DNA of 64,000 bases from the NCBI GenBank assembly GCA_021817165.1, contig JAKAVT010000001.1, positions 4,343-68,342 of the forward strand. Direction: 5' to 3'. Position 1 is the first letter of the stretch. Every line of letters starts with the position of its first letter. The translations under genes were made by a program, and so were the position numbers. The notes below the pieces were generated by a model. That model was not told the origin of the DNA. It searched no databases and saw only the letters and a list, made by a program, of their open reading frames with translations. Shown in pieces: positions 48,300-57,003 of the stretch. The stretch is from Nanobdellota archaeon. GTDB lineage: Archaea > Nanobdellota > Nanobdellia > Parvarchaeales > Parvarchaeaceae.

Positions 48300-49535
48300 A
48301 TGAAAAGAGCATTTAAGTACAGAATATATCCAACGAAAGAGCAGGAAGAGAGCTTAAAAAAGCAGATAGAAGAAGCAAGAATACTTTATAACCTTCTTTT
48401 AGAAGCAAGTATCAAAGCATACAAGGAAGAGAAGAAGAGTATCTTAGGATATGATTTAAATGAATTAGCACTAAAGATAAGAAAGGAAAAGAGCCTTACG
48501 CATGTTTCAGCTCAGTCTGCCCAGGATGTAGCAGTAAGAATTTCTAAAGCATTCAAACAGTTTTTCAGGAAAGTTAAAGAAGGAAAGCATGGAAAAGCCG
48601 TCGGCTACCCGAGATTCAAATCATTTAATAGATATGACAGCATAACATTCCCTCAATACAATAATGGATTCAGGTTGCTTGATGACGATTTACTGTCTGT
48701 ATACGATGCAGGCATTCTGAAGATAAAATACTTGAAAGACATTGCAGGCAAGATAAAAGCTCTCACAATAAAAAAAGAACCTACAGGCAACTGGTATGCA
48801 ATAATCATAGCGGACGGACAATTCAAGAATGAAAACCATGTATGCAAAAGCGATAAAGTGGTTGGTATGGATGTCGGTCTTGCTTCCTTTATAGCTACTT
48901 CATATGGGGAACTGATAGAGAATCCAAAGATACTTAAGAACTCTGAAAAAATCCTTAAGATTAGGCACAGGCAGTTATATAAAAAGAAGAAAGGCTCAAA
49001 GAACAGAAATAAAGCAAGGATAAGACTGGCTAAGGCATACAATAAAGTGAAAAAGCAGAGAGAAACATTCCTGCACGGTCTGACTAATAAGATGATTAAG
49101 AATTACAAAATAATTGTTATTGAAAAATTGAACATAAAAGGAATGACAAAGAATCACTATCTCGCTAAATCCATTTTGGATGCATCGTGGAATGAGCTTG
49201 CAAGACAGTTAAACTACAAAGCGGAAGAAGCTGGTAGTGTGATTCTGCAAGTAGACCCGAGAAACACATCTAAAGCATGCAGCAATTGCGGATGGATAAA
49301 CAATGACTTAACACTTGCAGATAGGACATTTAAATGTCAAGAATGCGGCATTGAGCTCAACAGAGATGTAAATGCAGCAAGGAACATATTAAGGTTAGGT
49401 CTAGGTACTCTTGGCAGGAGAGGAACCGAATCAAACGCCTGTGGAGATGAAGCCACTACTATGGGGAAACCTATAGCAAGCATTGTCACAGAAGCAGGAA
49501 AGTCGGGAAGTGACTTATACTTTCGGAACTACTGA
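48300..49535 (+). CDS. tnpB: TnpB (IS200/IS605-family OrfB, RNA-guided-nuclease type), apparently intact
   Basis: KYRIYPTKEQ N-terminus, RuvC-like residues in GMDVGL, VIEKLN and NRDVNAARNI, and zinc finger CSNCG...CQECG. There is no tnpA nearby. Confidence 0.9.
   Translation: MKRAFKYRIYPTKEQEESLKKQIEEARILYNLLLEASIKAYKEEKKSILGYDLNELALKIRKEKSLTHVSAQSAQDVAVRISKAFKQFFRKVKEGKHGKAVGYPRFKSFNRYDSITFPQYNNGFRLLDDDLLSVYDAGILKIKYLKDIAGKIKALTIKKEPTGNWYAIIIADGQFKNENHVCKSDKVVGMDVGLASFIATSYGELIENPKILKNSEKILKIRHRQLYKKKKGSKNRNKARIRLAKAYNKVKKQRETFLHGLTNKMIKNYKIIVIEKLNIKGMTKNHYLAKSILDASWNELARQLNYKAEEAGSVILQVDPRNTSKACSNCGWINNDLTLADRTFKCQECGIELNRDVNAARNILRLGLGTLGRRGTESNACGDEATTMGKPIASIVTEAGKSGSDLYFRNY
49518..49534 (+). 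repeat. Right terminal inverted repeat (overlaps tnpB stop codon)
   Basis: See the mobile element entry. Confidence 0.85.
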
Positions 49536-49807
49536 TGTATTTGAGCAGACTTGTTATAGACGCAGTAAAGCCTATCGGTGAGTACAGTATAATAGACCTT
49601 GCAAATGATATTGCAAAACACGTAAGAAACGGAGATGTTTTCATAAAGGTTGTAGAAGTGGACATACACACTGAAGGCCTAAAGATAGTTGTCGAAGGCT
49701 CAAAAATAAGCTTTGAAGGCATACAGAAGGCCTTGAAGGATAGGGGGGCAGTAATAAACAGTTTAGATGAAGCCACAGTAAGTTCTAATGGAAAAAGCAA
49801 AAAGTAG
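49535..49807 (+). CDS. DUF211-family protein
   Basis: SRLVIDAVKP...VVEVDIHTEGLKIVVEGSKISFEGIQKALKDRGAVINSLDE matches the DUF211 pattern. Its ATG overlaps the tnpB TGA (TGATG). Confidence 0.7.
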   Translation: MYLSRLVIDAVKPIGEYSIIDLANDIAKHVRNGDVFIKVVEVDIHTEGLKIVVEGSKISFEGIQKALKDRGAVINSLDEATVSSNGKSKK

Positions 49808-50339
49808 ATACATAATACTTGGCTTAAGCGATGGACTGTTCCTGGGATTGGGTATATCTCTTGGTATTTCCGTCTTCCACAGCTACCAGCTTACCTTTGC
49901 TTCTATTCTTTTAGTAGGCGTAAGCGGCTCACTTTCCAATTTCTTTTCTGCTTATAACGCTGAAAATTTTGTATTAGGCCAGCAGATGAAGGAATACAGA
50001 AAGATACTTTTTGCAAAGGAGTACAACCCCAGGAAAATCACCAAACTCAAAAGGGCGAAAAACCTAAGATACGCAGAAATCGGCTTTATTTCTACATTAT
50101 TAGGCAGTGTCATAGTCCTCCTGCCTTATTTGGCTTACTATGCGGCAAACGCGGGGCAAAGCATCGACACAAGCATTATTTCCCTTATCTTAAGCCTTAT
50201 AATACTTGCAGTGATAGGAAGTTACTCACAGGAAAATAAGGCGCAGAAGATAAAGGAAGGGCTAAAAACCGCGGGGATAGGTCTGCTTATCGCTGCCATA
50301 AGCGCCTTTTTGGGCGTACTGATAAATTTGTTTATTTAG
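49788..50339 (+). CDS. VIT1/CCC1-like membrane protein (short form), tentative
   Basis: ILGLSDGLFLGLGISLG resembles the VIT-family GxNDGL helix. 4-5 TM segments. Confidence 0.45.
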   Translation: MEKAKSRYIILGLSDGLFLGLGISLGISVFHSYQLTFASILLVGVSGSLSNFFSAYNAENFVLGQQMKEYRKILFAKEYNPRKITKLKRAKNLRYAEIGFISTLLGSVIVLLPYLAYYAANAGQSIDTSIISLILSLIILAVIGSYSQENKAQKIKEGLKTAGIGLLIAAISAFLGVLINLFI

Positions 50340-51117
50340 ATTTTGCAATATCCGTCATCTTTGAATTGAACTCTATCCCTTTTACTATTATTTCCTGGGC
50401 CTTTTCTCCGTTTATGTCTATCTTTTCGCCGTGAAAGAGCCTTTTTCCAAGTGTGAATATCTCATTGAAATCGTCAATCTGCTTCTTTTTTACCAATCCT
50501 CTTTCCCCAAGTTTCAAAAGCATTTCCGGTATTACTTCCGGAGAAGGCGGGATTTCCCCCTGCCGCATTATAGCGGATTGCGCAGAATTTACGACGGCCC
50601 AGTACATGTCCGTTGCGACGGAAGCAAGCTTAAGCCTTGCAGAATTAGCGTATAACTCGCTTCTTGTCAAAGAAGCATATATTGATTCCTCCGTAGGCTT
50701 TATCTCGCCCATGTTAAGCAGGGCCTGCAACGGCTCAAAATACCCAGTGTCTATCAAAGGAACGCCGTATTTTAGAACGTTCACGGAAACGGGATCTGCA
50801 GCTATCACGCCACGCCAAAATGCTGTTAACGTTACGAAATTTATGTGCAATTTTGCCTGGCTTTCCTTTACAAGCTTATCGACGTCTGAGAATATTAACG
50901 ACTGGACGTTTTCGTCAAGCTTATTCAAAACGTCGTCCATCACCACCATTATGTCTACATCGCTGTCCTCTGTTTCCTTGCCTTTGCTGTAAGAGCCGAA
51001 CAAAACTATCGTTTTCATCACTTTTGGATATCTTTCAAATATTCCCTTTGCAAACTTGTAAGCAGCATCGTACCCTTTCAATTCCAAGTGTCCTTTTTCA
51101 TTGTTTTCTTCCATCAT
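50332..51117 (-). CDS. Minimal nucleotidyltransferase domain protein with C-terminal helical (HEPN-like/substrate-binding) domain
   Basis: GSYSKGKETEDSDVDIMVV (GS-x10-DxD), followed by a ~130-aa helical region. Confidence 0.7.
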   Translation of the reverse strand: MMEENNEKGHLELKGYDAAYKFAKGIFERYPKVMKTIVLFGSYSKGKETEDSDVDIMVVMDDVLNKLDENVQSLIFSDVDKLVKESQAKLHINFVTLTAFWRGVIAADPVSVNVLKYGVPLIDTGYFEPLQALLNMGEIKPTEESIYASLTRSELYANSARLKLASVATDMYWAVVNSAQSAIMRQGEIPPSPEVIPEMLLKLGERGLVKKKQIDDFNEIFTLGKRLFHGEKIDINGEKAQEIIVKGIEFNSKMTDIAKSK

Positions 51118-52877
51118 GCTGTCGGTGCCCCCGAGAATCCCGAATTCCCCTTGTTTTCCATATAACCTCCGCCTACAGCAGGGAATATGCTTGAAAAACC
51201 GCCGTACGAAAACATATCTTGTTTCAACCCAAGATTTGAATAAGCTGAATAGTCTCCCACTATGGAGGAATACGGCTGACCAAGATATGCGGGCAGCGAT
51301 ACGTATGGCAGGTTACCGTACAGTGGCGCGCCCATGTACTGAAGCGATTGTATGGTTCCTCCCTCTAACCCGCCGAGGCCGCCAAAAACCTCCATTATGG
51401 CCGGAACGTCAAGCCCTTTTTCCATCATTGCGTCATAAACTTCTTTTATCGGTGCATTTCCCTGACCAAGTGGAAGGTGGCTGTCTTTATTACCCATATT
51501 ATCATTTAAGTGATACCTTTTTAAATAATCTCCTGCAGACTTGGCCATCTCTACTATGTCTTTGTCTGAATAAGGCTGTCCTGTTTTTGGATTTATGTAC
51601 GATTTAAAGATATTTATGTGTCCTATATCGAGATTTATGCCTATAAGATTGCTGCTTATGCGTTCTGCTTCTCTAAGAGACAAATGCTGTTTTTCCTGAA
51701 GCTCTTTTGCAAATTGCTCTCTTGCTATTCTTACTGCCTCCGCAGTGTCCTTTGGATTGCTCAATGACATCTCTGGCGACATTGGATTTTCAACCAGTAT
51801 CATCGGCTTTGACTCTGTGTTGTTGTATGAAAACATTGCAGCTTTTACTATCCCCTGTGCTGCTAGCTCTGGTGCTTTTTTGTCATAGGGTATAAACTGG
51901 TTTGGTAGGTTTTTTTCCGCTATTTCAAGCTCTGCATATTTTTGATTGAGGGTGTTAGACATTTCCTTTACATTTTCAATCTCTCTTTCAACCTTCTGAA
52001 ATTCTTTTTGGTATTTGTTAGAGTCATCGGCACTTATTTTTGGATCGCTTAGTTTTGTCTTTAAAGATCCCATTCTAGTACTAAGATCTGTCTGCTGGTA
52101 TTCAAGATTCCTTAAACTTATGTTAAGGCTTGCTCTTTCCTGGTTGAGCTGCTGCGACTTACTTTTCTTATAAAATTCAAGCGCACCTTCAGGATTCAAT
52201 ATTACCTTGCCGTCATCAGAAACGAATCCGAGTTTTTTATTATTCTTGTTTTCAAACACTTCTTGATAGAAACTGTCTCCGTATATGTCCTTAAACTTTT
52301 GCATTGCCAGTCTTTTTCTTTCTTCTGGATTACTTACGCTATTTTTGTCAATACCCAAGTCAATTTCCTGCTGGGTAACTTGAATTATCTTAGCTTCATT
52401 CTGATCATAAAACGAATAAATTAGGTTTTTATCTGGATCCGAAAATTGGTCTGAAGAGGCGTGGAAGATGACTGGCATATTCTCCCTCCCAGTCTTTTTG
52501 CTTATGTCATCTGCAAACTCCAAAGCAGTGCCTATCTCTCTTTCAACGAAGTGCTCATATACATCTTCTTTCTTTCCCGTCTGTGGATTTATTCCAGAAA
52601 AATTTATCGCCCAGGGTCCATGAACGCTCAAATCAACGTCATTTGTCTTCGCAAGATTTGCTATCGCTTCTCTTTCCGTCTTTCCTATCGTGTCGGCGGC
52701 ATTGCCCTGCTCTCCTCCAAGACCATAGACGCTTGCTACGTCTATCTCTACCATCTTCGCGCCGCTCCTAAGGACTTTGGCAAACTCCTCTAACTGATTT
52801 CTTTCACTTATCGAAACGCCGAAATGCACCTTGTTAAAAGGGTCATTAAACTTGCTATTCACCGTATAGTTAGTCAT
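51114..52877 (-). CDS. Endonuclease IV / xylose-isomerase-like TIM-barrel protein with large coiled-coil insertion and Gly/Tyr/Ser-rich tail
   Basis: Barrel motifs LSVHGPWAINF, VIFHAS, ILVENP, LDIGH and YHLNDNMGNKDSHLPLGQG. About 230 aa rich in K/E/Q lie between the FHAS and LVEN strands. The last ~90 aa are G/Y/S/L/P-rich. Confidence 0.5.
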   Translation of the reverse strand: MTNYTVNSKFNDPFNKVHFGVSISERNQLEEFAKVLRSGAKMVEIDVASVYGLGGEQGNAADTIGKTEREAIANLAKTNDVDLSVHGPWAINFSGINPQTGKKEDVYEHFVEREIGTALEFADDISKKTGRENMPVIFHASSDQFSDPDKNLIYSFYDQNEAKIIQVTQQEIDLGIDKNSVSNPEERKRLAMQKFKDIYGDSFYQEVFENKNNKKLGFVSDDGKVILNPEGALEFYKKSKSQQLNQERASLNISLRNLEYQQTDLSTRMGSLKTKLSDPKISADDSNKYQKEFQKVEREIENVKEMSNTLNQKYAELEIAEKNLPNQFIPYDKKAPELAAQGIVKAAMFSYNNTESKPMILVENPMSPEMSLSNPKDTAEAVRIAREQFAKELQEKQHLSLREAERISSNLIGINLDIGHINIFKSYINPKTGQPYSDKDIVEMAKSAGDYLKRYHLNDNMGNKDSHLPLGQGNAPIKEVYDAMMEKGLDVPAIMEVFGGLGGLEGGTIQSLQYMGAPLYGNLPYVSLPAYLGQPYSSIVGDYSAYSNLGLKQDMFSYGGFSSIFPAVGGGYMENKGNSGFSGAPTA

Positions 52878-53035
52878 AGATTAGTATTGATGGTTATAAG
52901 ATAAATGCTTTTTTATTGTTGTTACAAAGAAAGTGGCTTACATTGCAAACGTACTTCAAAATCATACGTGGCACGCTTAAGTACCATGTTTTTCAAATAT
53001 TTTAGGTTAATGCAAAAGAAAACATCGCGTTTTCA

Positions 53036-53509
53036 TTACTCCCCAAACAATCTAACGTGCTCTTTCATCATGCATCTGTTGAATATTACGGTTATACCCT
53101 TGCTCTCTGCAAGTTTTCTCGCCTCTTCGTTTGAAATCCCCTCCTGCATCCATATTACCTTTGGATTTTTGCTTATTGCCGCTTGAACGACGGGCAAAAC
53201 CTTGTCGGAAGGCCTGAAGATATCGACTATTTCAACTGGCCCTGGAACGGATGAAATTGAAGCATAGGCTTTTTTATTCAGTATCGAATCCGCATTCGGG
53301 TTTACAGGAGTTACGTCATACCCTTTACCTATTAGATAAAGCGGTATTTCATGGCTGTCTTTTCCTTCCTCCCTTGACATACCTACTACTGCCACTTTTT
53401 TATATTTCAAAAGGATGTCCTTTATTTCCTGGTCTGTGTGCTTGTCCTTCGGCATTTTCAGTATCTTTTCATGCTCTTCAATAGAACACTCCGGATCATT
53501 GCTTTCCAT
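53036..53509 (-). CDS. CoA-binding domain protein (YccU-like)
   Basis: KKVAVVGMSREEGKDSH...DVTPVNP...IVDIFRPS...VIWMQEG. Confidence 0.75.
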   Translation of the reverse strand: MESNDPECSIEEHEKILKMPKDKHTDQEIKDILLKYKKVAVVGMSREEGKDSHEIPLYLIGKGYDVTPVNPNADSILNKKAYASISSVPGPVEIVDIFRPSDKVLPVVQAAISKNPKVIWMQEGISNEEARKLAESKGITVIFNRCMMKEHVRLFGE

Positions 53510-53569
53510 TCAAATTAGAAGCGTTACAAATATAAAAAGTATTTATAGCGCTCGCATTCATATTAAGGA

Positions 53570-54223
53570 ATGAAAAATAATCGCAGCTCTGAAAAAGCCG
53601 CCGAAAACACAAATAAGCTAGAAAATATCATAGAAAGTTTTGGTGAAAACATAGAGGGGTATAAATTTGTACTAGATTCCTATTCGTATTACATGAATAT
53701 TAACGACGAAAAAGTGATAGGAATAGATGAAAACATGCTGTCAGAGGTAAAAAATCTTATTAAATATGATAAAAAGTATCTGTCAGCGATAAAGATGACA
53801 GTTTATCATGAAATAGGGCATAGCCTTTTTGATAGATTTTCTCATGAACATGCGGCCAAGGAAGCAATCGCAGAGCTTTACGCCATAAATAGAGGAAGCA
53901 TTGATGATTACATAATTGAAATAGCAGTAATATCCAACCTTACAAAGGATAAATTAAATTCTGGATTTAATCAAACACTGAAAGAACCAAAAGACATAGT
54001 AGAGTACCTTCTAAAACATGACAATGCAGACAAATGGGAAAACAGAAGGTTCGCTTTTTACGTGTATGAATCCACGGAAAAGGTCATAAAAGATGCACTT
54101 GATAAGATAAAATTGCCGTATACAGAGATATTTGAAAGGGTATTGATGGAGAGAGAAAACATAAATAGTTTAAAAAGAAAGAACAACCTATTTATTGATA
54201 AAGATATGATATCAAGAAAATGA
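53570..54223 (+). CDS. Hypothetical protein with HExxH motif (possible metallopeptidase)
   Basis: VYHEIGHSLFD. Nothing else is recognised. Confidence 0.35.
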   Translation: MKNNRSSEKAAENTNKLENIIESFGENIEGYKFVLDSYSYYMNINDEKVIGIDENMLSEVKNLIKYDKKYLSAIKMTVYHEIGHSLFDRFSHEHAAKEAIAELYAINRGSIDDYIIEIAVISNLTKDKLNSGFNQTLKEPKDIVEYLLKHDNADKWENRRFAFYVYESTEKVIKDALDKIKLPYTEIFERVLMERENINSLKRKNNLFIDKDMISRK

Positions 54224-55938
54224 GAGTTGCCGTAATAAAGGAATCGGAATGTGAAGCTCCGGACAATTGCAATTACATCTGTGCAGAGGTTTGTCCAAGA
54301 GTAAGACAAGGGGCAAAAGAAACGGTTTATGCGCGGGAAAATGGGAAGGCAGCCATAACGGAAAGCCTGTGCATATCCTGCGGGATATGCGTAAAACGAT
54401 GCCCGTTTGACGCAATACGGATAATCAATTTGCCGGATGAAATGGCAAAGGACATTACGTTCCAATACGGCATTAATACCTTTAGAACCTTTAACATAGC
54501 AACCCCTATAGAAAACAAGGTAGTGGGTCTGATAGGCAGGAATGGGATAGGAAAAACTACAAATATAAAACTCATTTCAAATGAATTGGTCCCGAATTTC
54601 GGTGATTTCAAAAGGGAATACTCATACGAAGAGGTAATAAAGTCATTCAGGGGAAAAGACATACAGCCATACCTTACAAAGCTTTACAGCAACAATCTAA
54701 AGATAGCAAAGAAAACGCAATCCTTTACACAAACCGGAAAAGTCAGAGACTTGGTAAAAACCAACCGGTTTAAGCTAGTAACAGAGGATATTTTGGACAG
54801 GGATGCTGAAACGCTGTCCGGTGGAGAAGCCCAGATCGTTGAAATAGCAAAAACCCTTGATGAATCTGCAGACGTTTACATATTCGACGAGCCAATGAAT
54901 TACCTTGATATAAACGCAAGAATAAACGTTGCTACGAAGATAAAAGAAGCACTTGACAACAAGACTGTTGTAGTCGTAGAACATGACTTAGTAATGCTTG
55001 ATTATCTTACAGAGTTCATACAAGTTTTATACGGCTCAGAGTCGAATTATGGCATTGCCTCACATATTATGCCGTCAAGAAACGGCATAAACACATATCT
55101 TGACGGCTATCTCCCAACTGAAAACGTGAGATTCAGGGACTACAGTATAAAAATCAAGAAAACGCTGCCGCCAGTTACGAATGAACCGTTTATTTCCTGG
55201 CCGGAGTTTATAGTTAAACTTAACGATTTCAGCTTGGATACCAAAGGCGGAAAACTTTACAAAGGAGATATTATAGGGATTATAGGAGAAAACGGTATTG
55301 GAAAAAGCACCTTTATAAAGGCACTTGCCGGACTTGTCGAAACTAACATTGGCAAATTGGATCTTGGCATTAAGATTTCATATAAACCACAGGTGTTGAA
55401 GCCGTTTGACATGCTTGTAAGCAGTGCATTGTTGAGCACAAATCCGCAGTATCAAGGCGATCTCGGGATTCTATCCGCCATAAATAAACTCGGCATAAAC
55501 AGGCTAATGAACAAGAATGTAAGCAATCTTTCCGGCGGTGAATTGCAAAAATTGGCCATAATAACAACACTTATGAAGCCAGCGGATATTTATCTGATAG
55601 ACGAACCATCTGCAAACTTGGACATAGAAGACAGGTTAGAATGCATGAACATAATCTCTTCTTTCATTTCATCGAGAAATAAATGCGCGATAATAGTTGA
55701 TCATGACCTAGCCTTTCTTGATTCAACATGTCCAAAAAGCATATTGTTCAGCGGGAAAAAAGGAGTAAAGGGCATGACTGATCAGATAGAAAGCACAGGC
55801 AGGGCCATAAACAATTTCCTTAAAAACATAGATGTAACGATAAGACGGGACAAAGACAGCGGACGGCCCAGAATCAACCAGAAAGGCAGCAGACTGGATA
55901 CAGAACAAAAAGCGGCTAACACATATTTCGCAGAATAA
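54220..55938 (+). CDS. ABCE1 / RNase L inhibitor-type ribosome recycling ATPase
   Basis: N-terminal FeS domain (CNYICAEVCP, CISCGICVKRCP) and two ABC cassettes (GRNGIGKTT, LSGGE; GENGIGKST, LSGGELQK). Confidence 0.92.
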   Translation: MRVAVIKESECEAPDNCNYICAEVCPRVRQGAKETVYARENGKAAITESLCISCGICVKRCPFDAIRIINLPDEMAKDITFQYGINTFRTFNIATPIENKVVGLIGRNGIGKTTNIKLISNELVPNFGDFKREYSYEEVIKSFRGKDIQPYLTKLYSNNLKIAKKTQSFTQTGKVRDLVKTNRFKLVTEDILDRDAETLSGGEAQIVEIAKTLDESADVYIFDEPMNYLDINARINVATKIKEALDNKTVVVVEHDLVMLDYLTEFIQVLYGSESNYGIASHIMPSRNGINTYLDGYLPTENVRFRDYSIKIKKTLPPVTNEPFISWPEFIVKLNDFSLDTKGGKLYKGDIIGIIGENGIGKSTFIKALAGLVETNIGKLDLGIKISYKPQVLKPFDMLVSSALLSTNPQYQGDLGILSAINKLGINRLMNKNVSNLSGGELQKLAIITTLMKPADIYLIDEPSANLDIEDRLECMNIISSFISSRNKCAIIVDHDLAFLDSTCPKSILFSGKKGVKGMTDQIESTGRAINNFLKNIDVTIRRDKDSGRPRINQKGSRLDTEQKAANTYFAE

Positions 55939-56042
55939 CCACTATTTAGTGAATAATAAATTAATTTTAATAATATACAAGTAATACAAAGCGGCTCTTT
56001 TTATTTATAATCAATCTAAAATCAGTATGAGGGGGGATAAAA

Positions 56043-56285
56043 ATGGAAATGATGGAGGAAACGGGAAGTTTGTATGAAAAATTACTGGAGCAGATAACTT
56101 TATACAATCAGTACAAAAATAACGTGGATTTCGAAAAAGCAGAGAAGGTAAGCAGACTTTTAATGGATATAAACAACCTTGCCGTAAAACTTGGTGTTTA
56201 TAGGGGGGATGTCGAATCGGAATTAACGGACATGAAAGTTAAATTAAAACATAAAGATAGGAGCAAGTCTATAACATTTGTATAG
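56043..56285 (+). CDS. Small hypothetical protein
   Basis: ORF only. Confidence 0.4.
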   Translation: MEMMEETGSLYEKLLEQITLYNQYKNNVDFEKAEKVSRLLMDINNLAVKLGVYRGDVESELTDMKVKLKHKDRSKSITFV

Positions 56286-56286
56286 A

Positions 56287-57003
56287 TTATTTCTGGACCT
56301 CAAATTTCAACAGGTCTATAACGATAACGTGCAGCGTAGCTGCACCCGTTGACGCTCCGCTTGCGGAGGATGTTACAACATCGTAGCTGTTTGGATCCGC
56401 AGAGAATGGTACCTCTATGGTGCAGTATCCTGAAGGAGTATTGTCCAATATTGTCCAGCCTGTTACCGCACCATTTCCATAAAGCACGTTGCAATTCGGC
56501 GCATTTATGGTGTCATTATAGGACGGGAAAACGCTTTTTATCGACAAAGACGAATTGCATGAAGCTCCGCATGCGCTGCTGTAGTTCGTTATAAGTATCG
56601 GTTCGTAGAAGGTAGAATAAGAAGTGGATGGGGAAAAACCTGAATTATAAGAAAATATCAAGTCGCTTGGCGTGCTGTTTGAAGAATAATTCGTCTTCGT
56701 AAATACCTGAAAAAGAAATGGGCTGGTTATCTCAGACCCCATAACTGACGAAACGTAAGAAGTTAATGCTGAAGCAGATCCACCGTTCTGAAATGAAAGA
56801 ATTGAATTAACCGTTGATGAAACCGTTGAAAAAGAGGAAACGGCAGAATAAATTTGTGAAATGAAATCATTGTCGGTCGTTATTGAACTATTCAGGTTAA
56901 GATAATAACTAGTTATCGCATATGCAGACGTTATAACGCTGAGTATTATTATGCTCCCAATAACCAAGTCAATCGTAAAAACCTGTCCTTTTTTCATGAC
57001 CAC
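56287..57003 (-). CDS. Type IV pilin-like protein (class III signal peptide)
   Basis: MVMKKGQVFTIDLVIGSIIILSVI. The mature region is Ser/Thr/Asn-rich with Cys pairs. Confidence 0.55.
   Translation of the reverse strand: MVMKKGQVFTIDLVIGSIIILSVITSAYAITSYYLNLNSSITTDNDFISQIYSAVSSFSTVSSTVNSILSFQNGGSASALTSYVSSVMGSEITSPFLFQVFTKTNYSSNSTPSDLIFSYNSGFSPSTSYSTFYEPILITNYSSACGASCNSSLSIKSVFPSYNDTINAPNCNVLYGNGAVTGWTILDNTPSGYCTIEVPFSADPNSYDVVTSSASGASTGAATLHVIVIDLLKFEVQK

Larger units (their letters stand above)
48255..49534 (+). mobile_element. TnpB-only insertion element bounded by 17-bp perfect terminal inverted repeats
   Basis: CAGTAGTTCCGAAAGTA at 48255-48271 is the exact reverse complement of 49518-49534. 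ATGTA flanks both ends (48250-48254 and 49535-49539). Confidence 0.75.

Noticed and set aside
50453-51607. 179-aa, 124-aa and 168-aa + strand ORFs
   Set aside because: They are antisense to the nucleotidyltransferase and Endo-IV-like genes. They are Ser/Leu/Pro-rich and low-complexity, typical of shadow frames.
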